Shown piece after piece: positions 7,720 through 17,970 of a stretch of 64,000 nucleotides of DNA (the stretch's first letter is position 1; the number at the start of each line of letters is the position of its first letter). The position numbers and the translations under genes are program-made. The notes beneath the pieces are model-generated. The model worked only from the letters and a program-made list of their open reading frames with translations. It did no database searches and had not been told where the DNA came from. The DNA lies in the NCBI GenBank assembly GCA_035654795.1, contig DASRWC010000011.1:9734-73733 (forward strand), in the 5' to 3' direction. The stretch comes from Flavobacteriaceae bacterium (GTDB lineage Bacteria; Bacteroidota; Bacteroidia; Flavobacteriales; Flavobacteriaceae).

Positions 7720-7788
7720 GAAAATACTAGATTGGTGATTGGTAGTATTTTCATTGAAGGCGGAGGTTGGTTGATTTCCTCCGCCTTC
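7720..7788 (+). other. Two adjacent perfect stem-loops just downstream of the nosZ stop, without a following T-tract
   Basis: Hairpin 1: GAAAATACTA (7720-7729) / TAGTATTTTC (7743-7752), with loop GATTGGTGATTGG. Hairpin 2: GAAGGCGGAGG (7756-7766) / CCTCCGCCTTC (7778-7788). An A-rich tract follows. Confidence 0.6.
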
Positions 7789-7895
7789 TAAAACCAAAAA
7801 AAATAAAAAAAACGACCATAATATTTAAAGCTCTACAACCTAAACCTTAGTAATTAATTGCGCCGAAGTATTTGCTTCGACCACAAAACACTGAT

Positions 7896-8531
7896 ATGAA
7901 AAAAGCAGGATTATTAATGATTGTGGGATCCCTTCTTCTATTGGGATTATTCAAATTTCCATTATGGAACATTATGCTAGGTGCACCGCAATATCCGGAT
8001 CCTCTGGGAATGGACATTTATATAGAAGGTATTAAAGGAGTAAAAGAATTTGATATTCAAAACATCGACGGTTTAAATCACTATATCGGGATGAAAACAA
8101 TCCCCAAAAACCACGAGATGTGGGAGTTTTCCGTGTTCCCGAAGGTAATCATGGGAATGGTAGCTCTAGGTGTAATTATCGGAATCCTTGGATTCATCGG
8201 AAAGGTAAGCTATAAATGGTTTCTAGGATGGTTTATTTTAATGTCTGTTTTAGGCATTCTAGGAATGTATGATTTTAATGCGTGGTTAACTGATTATGGA
8301 TCCAATTTAGATCCTCACGCAATTATGAGTTATACAAAACCTGACGGAACCCCTATGACTTACAAACCACCTCTTATCGGTTATCAGAAAATGCTCAATT
8401 TTGATGTGGATTCATGGCCTGCTTTAGGAGGATATTTAATGATGGCAGGGATGGCTTTGGTTTTTTTATCTTATTTTGTAGGAAAATCAGAGTACAAGAA
8501 GAAAGAAAAATTTAAACCCGCAATGGCATGA
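7896..8531 (+). CDS. Integral membrane protein of the nos cluster (NosB-like, about 4 TM helices)
   Basis: ATG at 7896 (MKKAGLLMIVGSLLLLGLF). Four hydrophobic helices with two predicted periplasmic loops. It sits directly downstream of nosZ, as reported for nosB in clade II clusters. Its stop overlaps the nosL start (ATGA at 8528-8531). Confidence 0.55.
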   Translation: MKKAGLLMIVGSLLLLGLFKFPLWNIMLGAPQYPDPLGMDIYIEGIKGVKEFDIQNIDGLNHYIGMKTIPKNHEMWEFSVFPKVIMGMVALGVIIGILGFIGKVSYKWFLGWFILMSVLGILGMYDFNAWLTDYGSNLDPHAIMSYTKPDGTPMTYKPPLIGYQKMLNFDVDSWPALGGYLMMAGMALVFLSYFVGKSEYKKKEKFKPAMA

Positions 8532-8968
8532 CCCGACTTTCAGTTTTTTTAATCGGAATAACTACTTTGCTTCTCACTGCTTGTGAAGTAGCACCGGAAA
8601 AAATAGAGTATGGAACAGATGCTTGCAGTTATTGTGACATGACAATAGTTGATCCAAAACACGCTTCACAAGTGGTCACTAAAAAAGGAAAAAATTATAA
8701 ATATGATGCCGTGGAATGTATGGTTCATCATCTTCAGGATGCTTTGGCTGATCAGCCCATAGCTCTAACTCTCGTTGCCGATTTTGATAATCCCGGAGAA
8801 TTGACAGATGCAGCCAAAGCCGGGTATTTGGTCAGTGAGGAGATAAAAAGCCCAATGGGGGCAAATCTGGCATCTTTTAAAAACGAGGAAAAAGCAAAAG
8901 CTGCTCAGCAGCTGTACAATGGAAAAACTTATTCCTGGAGCACCATCCGGGAACATTTAAAGCTCTAA
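8528..8968 (+). CDS. nosL: Copper chaperone lipoprotein NosL
   Basis: Lipobox LLLTAC|EV. CSYCDM motif and a conserved DAVECM segment. Positioned before nosD. Confidence 0.9.
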   Translation: MTRLSVFLIGITTLLLTACEVAPEKIEYGTDACSYCDMTIVDPKHASQVVTKKGKNYKYDAVECMVHHLQDALADQPIALTLVADFDNPGELTDAAKAGYLVSEEIKSPMGANLASFKNEEKAKAAQQLYNGKTYSWSTIREHLKL

Positions 8969-9006
8969 ATCAACCAAAAAAAGAGCCAATCACAAAAAAA
9001 AAATAA

Positions 9007-10260
9007 ATGGACCTAAATCATTTTGCTTTTATCCTTTTCCTGATAATCGGAGGAAATGGCGGATTTGCAAAAACGATTACAGTTTGTTCTTCTTGCGAAG
9101 TCAAGACCATAAAACAAGCTCTTGAATTGGCTTCTGACGGCGACACGATCCTCGTGAAGCCCGGAATATATAAAGAAGCGAATATCAAAATCAACAAATC
9201 CATTTCACTCATAGGAGAAGGAAAGCCCACCATAGACGGAGAAGAAAAGGGAGAAATAATAACCATAGGAGCTCCCCATGTAACTGTTGACGGATTTCTT
9301 ATTAAAAACGTAGGAAACAGTTTCACTAAAGATTATGCAGCCGTACGCATTGCAAACACCTCCGGATTTACCATCCAAAATTTAGAACTAAACAATCTAT
9401 ATTTCGGAATTTATCTTCAAAAAGCTGAAGATGGTAAGGTTCTGAACAACATTATCAAAGGTGACGCACAAAGCGAATTCAATTCCGGAAATGGGATTCA
9501 TCTTTGGAAATCGTCTAAAGTAGAGATTGCAGGAAATGATGTGCAGCGCGTGAGAGATGGGATCTATCTAGAGTTTTCAGATCAAGTTCACATTAGCAAC
9601 AACACGAGTAAGTATAATGTAAGGTACGGATTGCACTTTATGTTTAGCAATAACAATTATGCTCGTGACAATTATTTCGAGACTAATGGGGCCGGTATTG
9701 CGCTTATGTTTTCTCGAGACATGGAATTGACAGGAAATGTCATTAGAAAAAATTGGGGAACAGCTGCTTATGGTGTACTTCTTAAAGAAATAAATAATGC
9801 CGTAATAGCCTACAATACTTTTGAACTGAACACAGTGGCCGTTACCGTTGATGTTAGTACCAACATTGATTATTTTCATAATGATTTTATAAGCAACGGA
9901 TACGGACTTCGCATTCGAGGTGCTTCTTATAACTCGAAAATCAATAACAACAATTTTCTTTATAACTCCTTTGATTTAGCATATAACGGTAAGCTTAATG
10001 GCAATAATTTTGACGGAAATTACTGGAGTGGATACACCGGATATGACCTTGACAGAAATGGTATTGGAGATGTACCTTATAGGCCGGTGAAGCTTTTTTC
10101 TTATGTAGTCAATAGATCCTCACAGGCAATTATCTTGATGAGAAGCCTGTTTATTGACATTATCGATTTTTCTGAAAAGGTCTCACCAATTTTTACACCG
10201 GACAATTTGTTCGATGAAAAACCTAAAATGAAAAAAATCAACCATGATCGAAATAAATAA
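9007..10260 (+). CDS. nosD: Periplasmic beta-helix maturation protein NosD
   Basis: 417 aa. Signal peptide. Repetitive N/G/I-rich parallel beta-helix repeats (NNxIxGN pattern). The 3' end overlaps nosF by 17 nt. Confidence 0.92.
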   Translation: MDLNHFAFILFLIIGGNGGFAKTITVCSSCEVKTIKQALELASDGDTILVKPGIYKEANIKINKSISLIGEGKPTIDGEEKGEIITIGAPHVTVDGFLIKNVGNSFTKDYAAVRIANTSGFTIQNLELNNLYFGIYLQKAEDGKVLNNIIKGDAQSEFNSGNGIHLWKSSKVEIAGNDVQRVRDGIYLEFSDQVHISNNTSKYNVRYGLHFMFSNNNYARDNYFETNGAGIALMFSRDMELTGNVIRKNWGTAAYGVLLKEINNAVIAYNTFELNTVAVTVDVSTNIDYFHNDFISNGYGLRIRGASYNSKINNNNFLYNSFDLAYNGKLNGNNFDGNYWSGYTGYDLDRNGIGDVPYRPVKLFSYVVNRSSQAIILMRSLFIDIIDFSEKVSPIFTPDNLFDEKPKMKKINHDRNK

Positions 10261-10954
10261 TCTATATAAAAAATTTGGAAAGAATGAGGTGCTTAAAGGC
10301 ATTGATCTTTCAATAAAAAAGGGAGGGATTTTTGCGGTTTTAGGCCCTAACGGCTCAGGAAAAACTACTTTAATCAAATCAATACTCGGAATGGTAATAC
10401 CTAATTCCGGAGAGATTTTGGTAAATGGAGTTGCTTCAAAAAACAATTATAAATATCGAGATAAAATTGATTATCTGCCTCAAATTGCCAATTTTCCCGA
10501 AAACCTGAAGGTAAAGGAACTCATTGCAATGATTAAAGATCTTCGGAATTCGAAGACAGATAACGATGTAGAACTCATTGATATATTTAAGCTTGAGCCT
10601 TTCTTGGACAAGAAGCTCGTAAATTTATCCGGTGGAACCAAGCAAAAAGTTAATCTGGTCTTGACCTTTATGTTTGATAGCCCGATAATGATTCTCGATG
10701 AGCCAACTAATGGTCTGGATCCTATTTCTCATCTACGTTTAAAGGAATTGATCTTTAGAGAGAAGACCAAGGGTAAGACCATTTTGGTTACTTCTCATAT
10801 TCTAAATTTTGTAGAAGAGATTGCCGATGAGATTGTCTTCCTGTTGGAAGGGAAAATTTATTTTAAAGGAAGTACGTCCGAGCTTAAATCTCAGACAGGT
10901 CAGCCCGATTTTGAACACGCAATAGCCTCAATTTTATCCTCATCCTATGCTTAA
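10244..10954 (+). CDS. nosF: ABC transporter ATPase NosF
   Basis: Walker A GPNGSGKTT, signature LSGGTKQK, Walker B MILDEPT, H-loop TSHIL. Overlaps nosY by 8 nt. Confidence 0.92.
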   Translation: MIEINNLYKKFGKNEVLKGIDLSIKKGGIFAVLGPNGSGKTTLIKSILGMVIPNSGEILVNGVASKNNYKYRDKIDYLPQIANFPENLKVKELIAMIKDLRNSKTDNDVELIDIFKLEPFLDKKLVNLSGGTKQKVNLVLTFMFDSPIMILDEPTNGLDPISHLRLKELIFREKTKGKTILVTSHILNFVEEIADEIVFLLEGKIYFKGSTSELKSQTGQPDFEHAIASILSSSYA

Positions 10955-11729
10955 GATATTAAAATATAGTTTCTTCGATTTAATGCGAAGCCGTTGGAGC
11001 TACGTATATTTCCTGTTCTACTTGTTATTGGGCATTGTTTTACTTTTTCTTAATGACGATTTACCCAAAGCAGTAATTACTTTGATGAACGTTATCATCA
11101 TTCTTGTTCCTCTGATCGGGACCATTTTTGGAGTGATGTATTATTACAACTCGAGAGAATTTACAGAATTACTTTTAGCACAGCCCGTGAAACGAAGTTC
11201 TATCTTCCTGGGTCAATATTTTGGAGTGGCTACCTCACTGGCTATGAGTTTAATTATCGGATTGGGAGTCCCCTTTGTTTTTTACGGAATTTTTTACAGT
11301 GATGCTATCTGGGACTTTGTCCTTTTATTGGTTACCGGAGGATTTCTCACCTTCATTTTCACGGCTCTGGCTTTCGTAATTGCTTTAGCCAACGAAAATC
11401 GAATTAAAGGATTTGGTTATGCCATACTTGTATGGTTATTATTGGCGGTGATCTATGATGGATTGTTCCTGATGTCGTTATTGTATTTTGAGGATTATCC
11501 TTTGGATAAGTTTTCTTTGATTGCCACCATGTTCAATCCTGTGGACCTTTCCCGCGTGCTGATTCTGTTAAAATTGGATATTTCGGCACTTCTAGGATAT
11601 ACCGGAGCAGTTTTTCATAAATTCTTCGGAACAAATTTAGGATTGATTCTGTCTGTGACCATGCTTACCTTATGGGTAGCAATTCCAACCTTTTTTATCT
11701 GGAGAATCTCAAAAAAGAAAGATTTTTAA
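10947..11729 (+). CDS. nosY: ABC transporter permease NosY
   Basis: 260 aa with about 6 hydrophobic helices. Translationally coupled to nosF. Last gene of the cluster. Confidence 0.9.
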   Translation: MLKILKYSFFDLMRSRWSYVYFLFYLLLGIVLLFLNDDLPKAVITLMNVIIILVPLIGTIFGVMYYYNSREFTELLLAQPVKRSSIFLGQYFGVATSLAMSLIIGLGVPFVFYGIFYSDAIWDFVLLLVTGGFLTFIFTALAFVIALANENRIKGFGYAILVWLLLAVIYDGLFLMSLLYFEDYPLDKFSLIATMFNPVDLSRVLILLKLDISALLGYTGAVFHKFFGTNLGLILSVTMLTLWVAIPTFFIWRISKKKDF

Positions 11730-11907
11730 AACAGGATGTTTTAGCAAGAACATCTCTCCATATTAGAACAAAATAAAAGAAGGCCGGTAGATTATTTCTA
11801 TTCAGCCTTCTGCATATTTAGGTATTCCTGTATTTGTTTAGTCAATTTTATTTAACAGGGCTTCAGCCAAAGACCTCTAACAAATTCAGGAAGTCTCGTT
11901 TTTATTT

Positions 11908-12885
11908 TTAATCCATGGACTGGTTTTCTTGTTGTGATTGGATTAACATAGCTGCATATTCCTCGGCGCTCAAACTTCCATAATAAAAATCCATCGGGTT
12001 CATTCGCATATCGTCTTTAAAAACCTCATAGTGCAGGTGCGGACCACTGCTGCGCCCGGTACTTCCTACGAATCCGATAATATCCCCTCTTTTTACCTTT
12101 TGTCCTACTTTCACATTATACTTATACAAATGCCCGTAAAGGCTTTGATATCCATAACCGTGATCAATGATCACGTGGTTTCCGTATCCTGAAGCCTTGT
12201 TGTCGGCGCGCACCACTTTTCCTTCTCCTGTGGCATAAATCGGAGTTCCACGCGGGGCGCTAAAATCCATTCCGTAGTGAAACTTCTTGGCTTTAGTGAA
12301 CGGGTCTGCTCGGTATCCATATCCGGAGGCCATGCGGTTCATGTCTTCATTTTTAATAGGTTGAATGGCAGGGATTGCCGCTAGAAGTTTTTCTTTGTTT
12401 GCAGCTAATTCTGTGATTTCGTCAAGAGATTTGGATTGGACCACAATCTGTTTTGTAAGGATGTCAATGTTTTTAGCGATGTTTATTATAAGTTTTGAAT
12501 TATCAAATCCTTCCAGCTCTTGATATCGGTTTACTCCCCCAAATCCAGCTTTTCTTTGTTCTTCCGGAATGGGGTTTGTCTCAAAATAAGTGCGGTACAA
12601 GGTATTATCGCGTTCTTCTAATTCTGATAAAACAATCTGCGCTTGATTCACCTTTTTGCTCAATAATTCAAATTGGAGCTGCATATTGTCCAATTCCCTT
12701 TGCAAGGCCAATTCTTTTGGTGTGCGTACCATTGGAAGGTTGAGGTAAATGATCAGCAGTAAAAAACCGCTGAGCAGCATTCCTAAAACAGTAAAGATCA
12801 CAATGCGGGTGCGCCGGCCTTTCTTTCTTTCTATTTTTCGATAGGATAGGGTGTCACTATCGTAATAATATTTAACCTTAGACAT
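11908..12885 (-). CDS. M23 family metallopeptidase (peptidoglycan endopeptidase), membrane anchored with a coiled-coil
   Basis: HYGMDF (HxxxD) and GPHLHYEV (HxH) zinc motifs. N-terminal TM helix. ATG at 12883..12885 preferred over the TTG at 12915. Confidence 0.9.
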   Translation of the reverse strand: MSKVKYYYDSDTLSYRKIERKKGRRTRIVIFTVLGMLLSGFLLLIIYLNLPMVRTPKELALQRELDNMQLQFELLSKKVNQAQIVLSELEERDNTLYRTYFETNPIPEEQRKAGFGGVNRYQELEGFDNSKLIINIAKNIDILTKQIVVQSKSLDEITELAANKEKLLAAIPAIQPIKNEDMNRMASGYGYRADPFTKAKKFHYGMDFSAPRGTPIYATGEGKVVRADNKASGYGNHVIIDHGYGYQSLYGHLYKYNVKVGQKVKRGDIIGFVGSTGRSSGPHLHYEVFKDDMRMNPMDFYYGSLSAEEYAAMLIQSQQENQSMD

Positions 12886-12899
12886 GCGTTGAAATTTGC

Positions 12900-12907
12900 T
12901 ATTTTTG
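12900..12907 (+). promoter_or_regulatory. Candidate -7 box TATTTTTG upstream of alaS
   Basis: Matches TAnnTTTG. The 12-nt core TATTTTTGCACC is identical to the typA upstream box. This would give an alaS leader of about 135 nt. Confidence 0.3.
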
Positions 12908-13046
12908 CACCGCAAATCGGTGCGAAAAAAGGTAACGGACTTACAAATATAAAAATTGTTCCAAACGAACCTTCCCGATTGGTTTTTAATAAAAGTTTAA
13001 AATTTCGATTTCTCGGGGATTCACCCCATTTAATTTTAGTTAGCAT

Positions 13047-15656
13047 ATGACGTCTCAGGAAATCCGTTCCCGATTTTTAGAATTCTTCAAGTCCAAACAA
13101 CATGCAATTGTTCCTTCGGCACCAATGGTTGTAAAAGACGATCCTACTCTAATGTTTGTTAACAGCGGGATGGCTCCTTTTAAAGAATATTTTTTAGGTA
13201 ATGCAAAACCGAAAAGTGACCGAATAGCCGACAGTCAGAAATGTTTACGCGTAAGCGGAAAGCATAATGATCTTGAAGAGGTGGGGATGGATACCTATCA
13301 CCACACCATGTTTGAAATGCTCGGAAACTGGAGTTTTGGAGATTACTTTAAAAAAGAAGCCATAGCGTGGGCATGGGAATTATTGACAGAAGAACTTGGT
13401 ATAGACAAAGATATTCTTTATGTCACCATTTTTGAAGGAGATGAGAAAGAAGGACTGGCGCGTGATACTGAAGCATATGATTTATGGAAGCAGTTTGTTC
13501 CCGAAGATCGAATCCTTAATGGAAATAAAAAAGACAACTTCTGGGAAATGGGAGATCAAGGTCCCTGCGGACCCTGTAGCGAGATCCACGTAGATATCCG
13601 TTCTGATGAGGAGAAAGCCAAAATACCGGGAAGGGAGTTGGTTAACCAAGATCACCCTCAAGTTGTGGAAATATGGAATCTGGTTTTTATGCAATTTAAC
13701 AGAAAAGCAGACGGAAGTTTGGAACGATTGCCGGCGCAGCATGTGGATACCGGGATGGGTTTTGAGCGATTGTGTATGGTGTTGCAAGGCAAACAAAGCA
13801 ATTATGACACAGATGTTTTTACACCTATGATTTCGAAAATAGGTGAGATTACCGAAACAACTTATGGAAAAGACGAAAAAACAGATATTGCTATCCGTGT
13901 TATTGCTGATCATATTCGTGCTGTTGCTTTTTCCATTGCAGATGGTCAATTGCCAAGTAATTCCGGAGCGGGATATGTGATTCGTCGAATTCTACGCCGC
14001 GCCATCCGTTACGGATTTACGTTTTTGAATCAGAAAGAAGCGTTCATATATAAATTGGTAGATACGCTGGCAACTGAAATGGGTGAGGCATATCCGGAAT
14101 TAAAGCGAGAGCAACATCTAATTGAAAATGTGATTCGGGAAGAAGAACATTCATTTTTAAAAACCCTGGACCAAGGATTAATTCTACTTGATCAGGTTAT
14201 TTCAAATTCAGACTCTAAAGAAATTTCCGGAAAGAAAGTCTTTGAATTATATGATACTTTTGGTTTCCCTGTTGATTTAACTGCCTTGATTTTACGAGAA
14301 CGTGGATACTCTTTAAACGAAGCAGAATTTGAATCGGAATTGCAAAAGCAAAAAGAAAGATCACGTGCCGCAACAAAAGTAGAAACAGGAGACTGGGTGG
14401 TGCTCATCCCTGAATCAACAGAGGAATTTGTGGGTTACGATTCTTTGGAAGCTCAAGTAAGGATTTCGCGTTATCGTAAAGTAGATAGCAAAAAAGACGG
14501 GCAGATGTTTCAAGTTGTTTTTAACAAAACCCCATTTTATCCGGAAGGGGGAGGACAAATAGGCGATAAAGGTTTTATCAGATCAGCAACAGGAAAAGTT
14601 TATCCCATTCTAGACACAAAGAAGGAAAACAACCTTATTGAACATTTTATTAAAGAACTTCCGGAGGAAATTGAAGGTACTTTTGATGCAATAGTCAATA
14701 CCGATCAACGCGCTTGTACCGCCGCCAATCATACTGCCACACACTTACTTCATCAAGCATTACGGAAAGTGTTGGGTGATCATGTGGCCCAGAAAGGGAG
14801 TTTGGTTCACCACGATTACTTGCGTTTTGACTTTTCACATTTTACGAAAGTAACTGATGAAGAAATAAAGAAAATAGAAAGCTTTGTAAACCATAGAATA
14901 GCCGAAGGTCTTTCTTTAGAAGAGCAACGAAACATTCCTTATAAACAAGCGATAGATGAAGGTGCCATTGCGCTTTTTGGGGAGAAATACGGAGACTCCG
15001 TAAGAACGATTCGATTTGGTGAGTCCATGGAGCTATGCGGAGGTACTCATGTGAGAAATACAAAAGATATTTGGCATTTTATAATACTTTCAGAAAGTGC
15101 CGTAGCTGCCGGAATCAGAAGAATAGAGGCTATTACCAATAGAGCAGCCAGAGAATATTTCCAAAAAAGAAGTGAATCTTATGACCAGCTTCAGAAGTTA
15201 CTTGGAAATACTAAGGATCCGATTAAAGCAGTAGAACATCTTCAGGATGAAAACCAGCAGCTCCAAAAACAGATTGCACAATTCATGAAAGACAAAGCCA
15301 GAAATTTAAAAGGAGAATTGAAGGCAGCAATCCGCGATATTAACGGAGTGCAATTTCTTTCTGCAAAAATTGATATGGATGCTGCGGGTATGAAGGATTT
15401 AGCTTTTGAAATTGGCGGTGAGGTAGATCAGTTATTCTTAATTCTGGGCGCAGAACAGGAAGGAAAAGCATTGTTAACTTGTTACATTTCCAAAGATCTT
15501 GCAGCAGCAAAAAAACTGAATGCCGGCACGATAGTACGCGAACTTGGGAATTATATTCAGGGTGGTGGAGGAGGACAGCCATTTTTTGCTACGGCCGGAG
15601 GGAAAAACCCATCAGGAATCGATGAAGCACTCAAAGTAGCTCAAAATTATTTGTAG
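13047..15656 (+). CDS. alaS: Alanine--tRNA ligase
   Basis: 869 aa. [18 protein letters not shown] catalytic core, editing-domain [11 protein letters not shown] and CGGTHV, C-terminal [14 protein letters not shown]. Confidence 0.98.
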   Translation: MTSQEIRSRFLEFFKSKQHAIVPSAPMVVKDDPTLMFVNSGMAPFKEYFLGNAKPKSDRIADSQKCLRVSGKHNDLEEVGMDTYHHTMFEMLGNWSFGDYFKKEAIAWAWELLTEELGIDKDILYVTIFEGDEKEGLARDTEAYDLWKQFVPEDRILNGNKKDNFWEMGDQGPCGPCSEIHVDIRSDEEKAKIPGRELVNQDHPQVVEIWNLVFMQFNRKADGSLERLPAQHVDTGMGFERLCMVLQGKQSNYDTDVFTPMISKIGEITETTYGKDEKTDIAIRVIADHIRAVAFSIADGQLPSNSGAGYVIRRILRRAIRYGFTFLNQKEAFIYKLVDTLATEMGEAYPELKREQHLIENVIREEEHSFLKTLDQGLILLDQVISNSDSKEISGKKVFELYDTFGFPVDLTALILRERGYSLNEAEFESELQKQKERSRAATKVETGDWVVLIPESTEEFVGYDSLEAQVRISRYRKVDSKKDGQMFQVVFNKTPFYPEGGGQIGDKGFIRSATGKVYPILDTKKENNLIEHFIKELPEEIEGTFDAIVNTDQRACTAANHTATHLLHQALRKVLGDHVAQKGSLVHHDYLRFDFSHFTKVTDEEIKKIESFVNHRIAEGLSLEEQRNIPYKQAIDEGAIALFGEKYGDSVRTIRFGESMELCGGTHVRNTKDIWHFIILSESAVAAGIRRIEAITNRAAREYFQKRSESYDQLQKLLGNTKDPIKAVEHLQDENQQLQKQIAQFMKDKARNLKGELKAAIRDINGVQFLSAKIDMDAAGMKDLAFEIGGEVDQLFLILGAEQEGKALLTCYISKDLAAAKKLNAGTIVRELGNYIQGGGGGQPFFATAGGKNPSGIDEALKVAQNYL

Positions 15657-15833
15657 GAGGGCTGGAGCCATTCTTTGCATACAGAACTTATTTCCTTAGC
15701 ATTCAGGGAAGAGGATTCGTGAGTTATGAATGATCTGATTAATCAAGCGTTGTAGTACTTACTTCTCCAAATAACGTTGTTGAAATTTTTTCCTTTAGAG
15801 CCACCATACAAAACAGTGAGACCGGCTACCGAT

Positions 15834-16457
15834 TTAAAAATGAACAGAAATAGGAAAAAATATTCGCCCACACCGGGTTCCGGAGTGAACCACCTTATCG
15901 GGAGCCAAAGTCAGTAATAAGCTAACGAGACCGATGGTAACGGCGATGTTTTCAACGTTTCGGAACGGCCACATCATCAGTTTTCGCAACGGGTGCAAAT
16001 CATGTCCCCACTTGTGTATCAAATAAAAATAATCATTACCAATAGGGGCAAATAATAGAGGATCATCTGCGTTTTCTAACTTTAACAGTTTGGCAGGAGC
16101 CATAATTTTGAAGCCCGACAATGTAGTATGATGTTCTTTTTCGAGTATTCGAATTTTTGTAATGGCTTCTTCGGGAAAGTCTCCCTTAAAAAATTGAGAA
16201 TCCAAAAATCTCAATCGGTAATCAACACATATCTTTTGAATATCAGTGATATGGTATATATTTTCTGAGTCAAGATTTTCGAGATTAAAATCATTTGAAT
16301 CGTATCCTGAACCTTCTGTCAATTTTTGGTGGATGGCAGCGCGCGTCTCTTCATTATCCGAAAGAATTTCCTCAATTTCCTTCATCAGATCACCGGCAGT
16401 AGTACGAGAGTTTCTGCCGGCTCTCAATCGTTCTTCAATATCTATTCTGGAAAACAT
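15834..16457 (-). CDS. Hypothetical protein with a C-terminal hydrophobic segment
   Basis: 207-aa ORF convergent with alaS. No motif recognised. Coding-like composition. Confidence 0.5.
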   Translation of the reverse strand: MFSRIDIEERLRAGRNSRTTAGDLMKEIEEILSDNEETRAAIHQKLTEGSGYDSNDFNLENLDSENIYHITDIQKICVDYRLRFLDSQFFKGDFPEEAITKIRILEKEHHTTLSGFKIMAPAKLLKLENADDPLLFAPIGNDYFYLIHKWGHDLHPLRKLMMWPFRNVENIAVTIGLVSLLLTLAPDKVVHSGTRCGRIFFPISVHF

Positions 16458-16622
16458 ACTATGGTGATTTATTTATGACCTTAAAATTACATACCGCAAC
16501 TTGAGATAGCAAACGTTTTGACAAATTTGTGACTTTCTTGGTATATAAAAATTTTTCGCATTGAACACCATATCAATAAGAGACGTAAGATTTTTTATAT
16601 TTAGAACAACAACATTTGGATT

Positions 16623-17909
16623 ATGAGACTATTCTTGTTTTGGTTTTTATTAAATTCTCTCTTTATGACCGGTCAAAATTATGCTTCTAAAGCAATACCA
16701 TTTCACAAACCCTTTGATCTCGATTTGCTGATAACTGCAGCAAAGGATAAAAAATTGGTTATGATGGGTGAGGCAAGCCATGGCACTCATGAATATTATC
16801 TGTGGCGGGATGCCATAAGTAGAAGGCTTATCAGCGAACACAATTTCCGTTTTATAGCCGTGGAGGGGGACTTTGCCGGTCTTTATGAACTCAACAGATA
16901 TATAAAAAACGAACCCGGTGCGGCTTCTTCTGCGAGAGATGTGTTAAGAAAACTCAATAGATGGCCCAGATGGATGTGGGCTAATGAAGAGGTTGCAGAT
17001 CTTGCAGAATGGTTAAAAGAACACAATGAAAATCTTCCTGAAGAAAAGAAAGTGGGATTTTACGGAATGGATGTTTATGACGAATGGTATTCAAAGGAAG
17101 TAGTGCTGCGTTTGCTGAAGAAAATTGATAAAGACTTGTATAAAAAAGTTCAGAAGGAATATGATTGTTTTCACCCGTACAAAGGAGAAAGTTGGGAATA
17201 TGCCAGGGCTGTAAAAGCCGGAAAGAAACCTTGTAATGAAGCCACCAAACGAGTAGTGGAATTAATCAGGAAATATCGGGATGAATTAGAAAAACTACCG
17301 GATGACGAATATTTTTACCTTCTTCAAAATGCCATAGTGGTTCACAATGCTGAGGAATTTTATCGGGTGAGTCTTGATAAGGATGATGCACTATCGTGGA
17401 ATTCAAGGGTATTTCATATGCACGAAACCATAAAAGATTTATTTGAGATGTATGGCGAATCGGCAAAAGGAATCGTCTGGGCTCACAACACTCATATTGG
17501 TGACGCTTCCTATACCAATATGCGAAATTTTGGAGAAAAAAATATCGGGCAGTTAACCCGTGAATATTTTGGAGCATCGGAAGTTTTTTTGATTGGTCTT
17601 ATTGGCTATGAGGGGAAAGTGATGGCCGGCGCAAGTTGGGGAGCACCGATGCAGGTAATGACAATTCCGAAACCTATAGCCGGAAGTATTGAATCTCAAT
17701 TATATCGAGTACCGGGCGACCAGTTTTTCATTATTTTTAATGAGGAAGATCGTAGAGATAAGAATTTGTCATTAACAGGAAATCGTGCTGTGGGTGTCGT
17801 TTATAATCCAAATCGGGACCGTGCTCAGTTTGTACCTACTATAGTCCCGATGCGGTATGATGCTTTATTATTCTTTAAACAGACTACAGCACTTCGAGTT
17901 ATTGAATAA
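16623..17909 (+). CDS. Erythromycin esterase family protein with an N-terminal signal peptide
   Basis: GEASHGTHEYY, FYGMDVY and WAHNTHIGD motifs typical of the Ere/ChaN-like family. N-terminus MRLFLFWFLLNSLFMTG is hydrophobic. Confidence 0.85.
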   Translation: MRLFLFWFLLNSLFMTGQNYASKAIPFHKPFDLDLLITAAKDKKLVMMGEASHGTHEYYLWRDAISRRLISEHNFRFIAVEGDFAGLYELNRYIKNEPGAASSARDVLRKLNRWPRWMWANEEVADLAEWLKEHNENLPEEKKVGFYGMDVYDEWYSKEVVLRLLKKIDKDLYKKVQKEYDCFHPYKGESWEYARAVKAGKKPCNEATKRVVELIRKYRDELEKLPDDEYFYLLQNAIVVHNAEEFYRVSLDKDDALSWNSRVFHMHETIKDLFEMYGESAKGIVWAHNTHIGDASYTNMRNFGEKNIGQLTREYFGASEVFLIGLIGYEGKVMAGASWGAPMQVMTIPKPIAGSIESQLYRVPGDQFFIIFNEEDRRDKNLSLTGNRAVGVVYNPNRDRAQFVPTIVPMRYDALLFFKQTTALRVIE

Positions 17910-17970
17910 GAAAATAAGAATTGCCTTTGGCAGGCAAATTGTATATTTACATCCTTAAAAATAGGAAATT

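Noticed and set aside
11778-11811. Possible terminator after nosY (AGAAGGC ... GCCTTCT).
   Set aside because: The stem has only 7 bp with a 20-nt loop and no T-tract, which is too weak to annotate.
13482-13949. 155-aa minus-strand ORF inside alaS, with smaller ones at 14192-15582.
   Set aside because: Antisense shadow ORFs within a well-supported aminoacyl-tRNA synthetase gene.
15735-15746. Near-palindrome CTGATTAATCAA downstream of alaS, resembling the TGAT/ATCA half-sites.
   Set aside because: The spacing is N2 rather than N4. It lies between two convergent gene ends with no promoter context, so it is not counted as part of the putative regulon.
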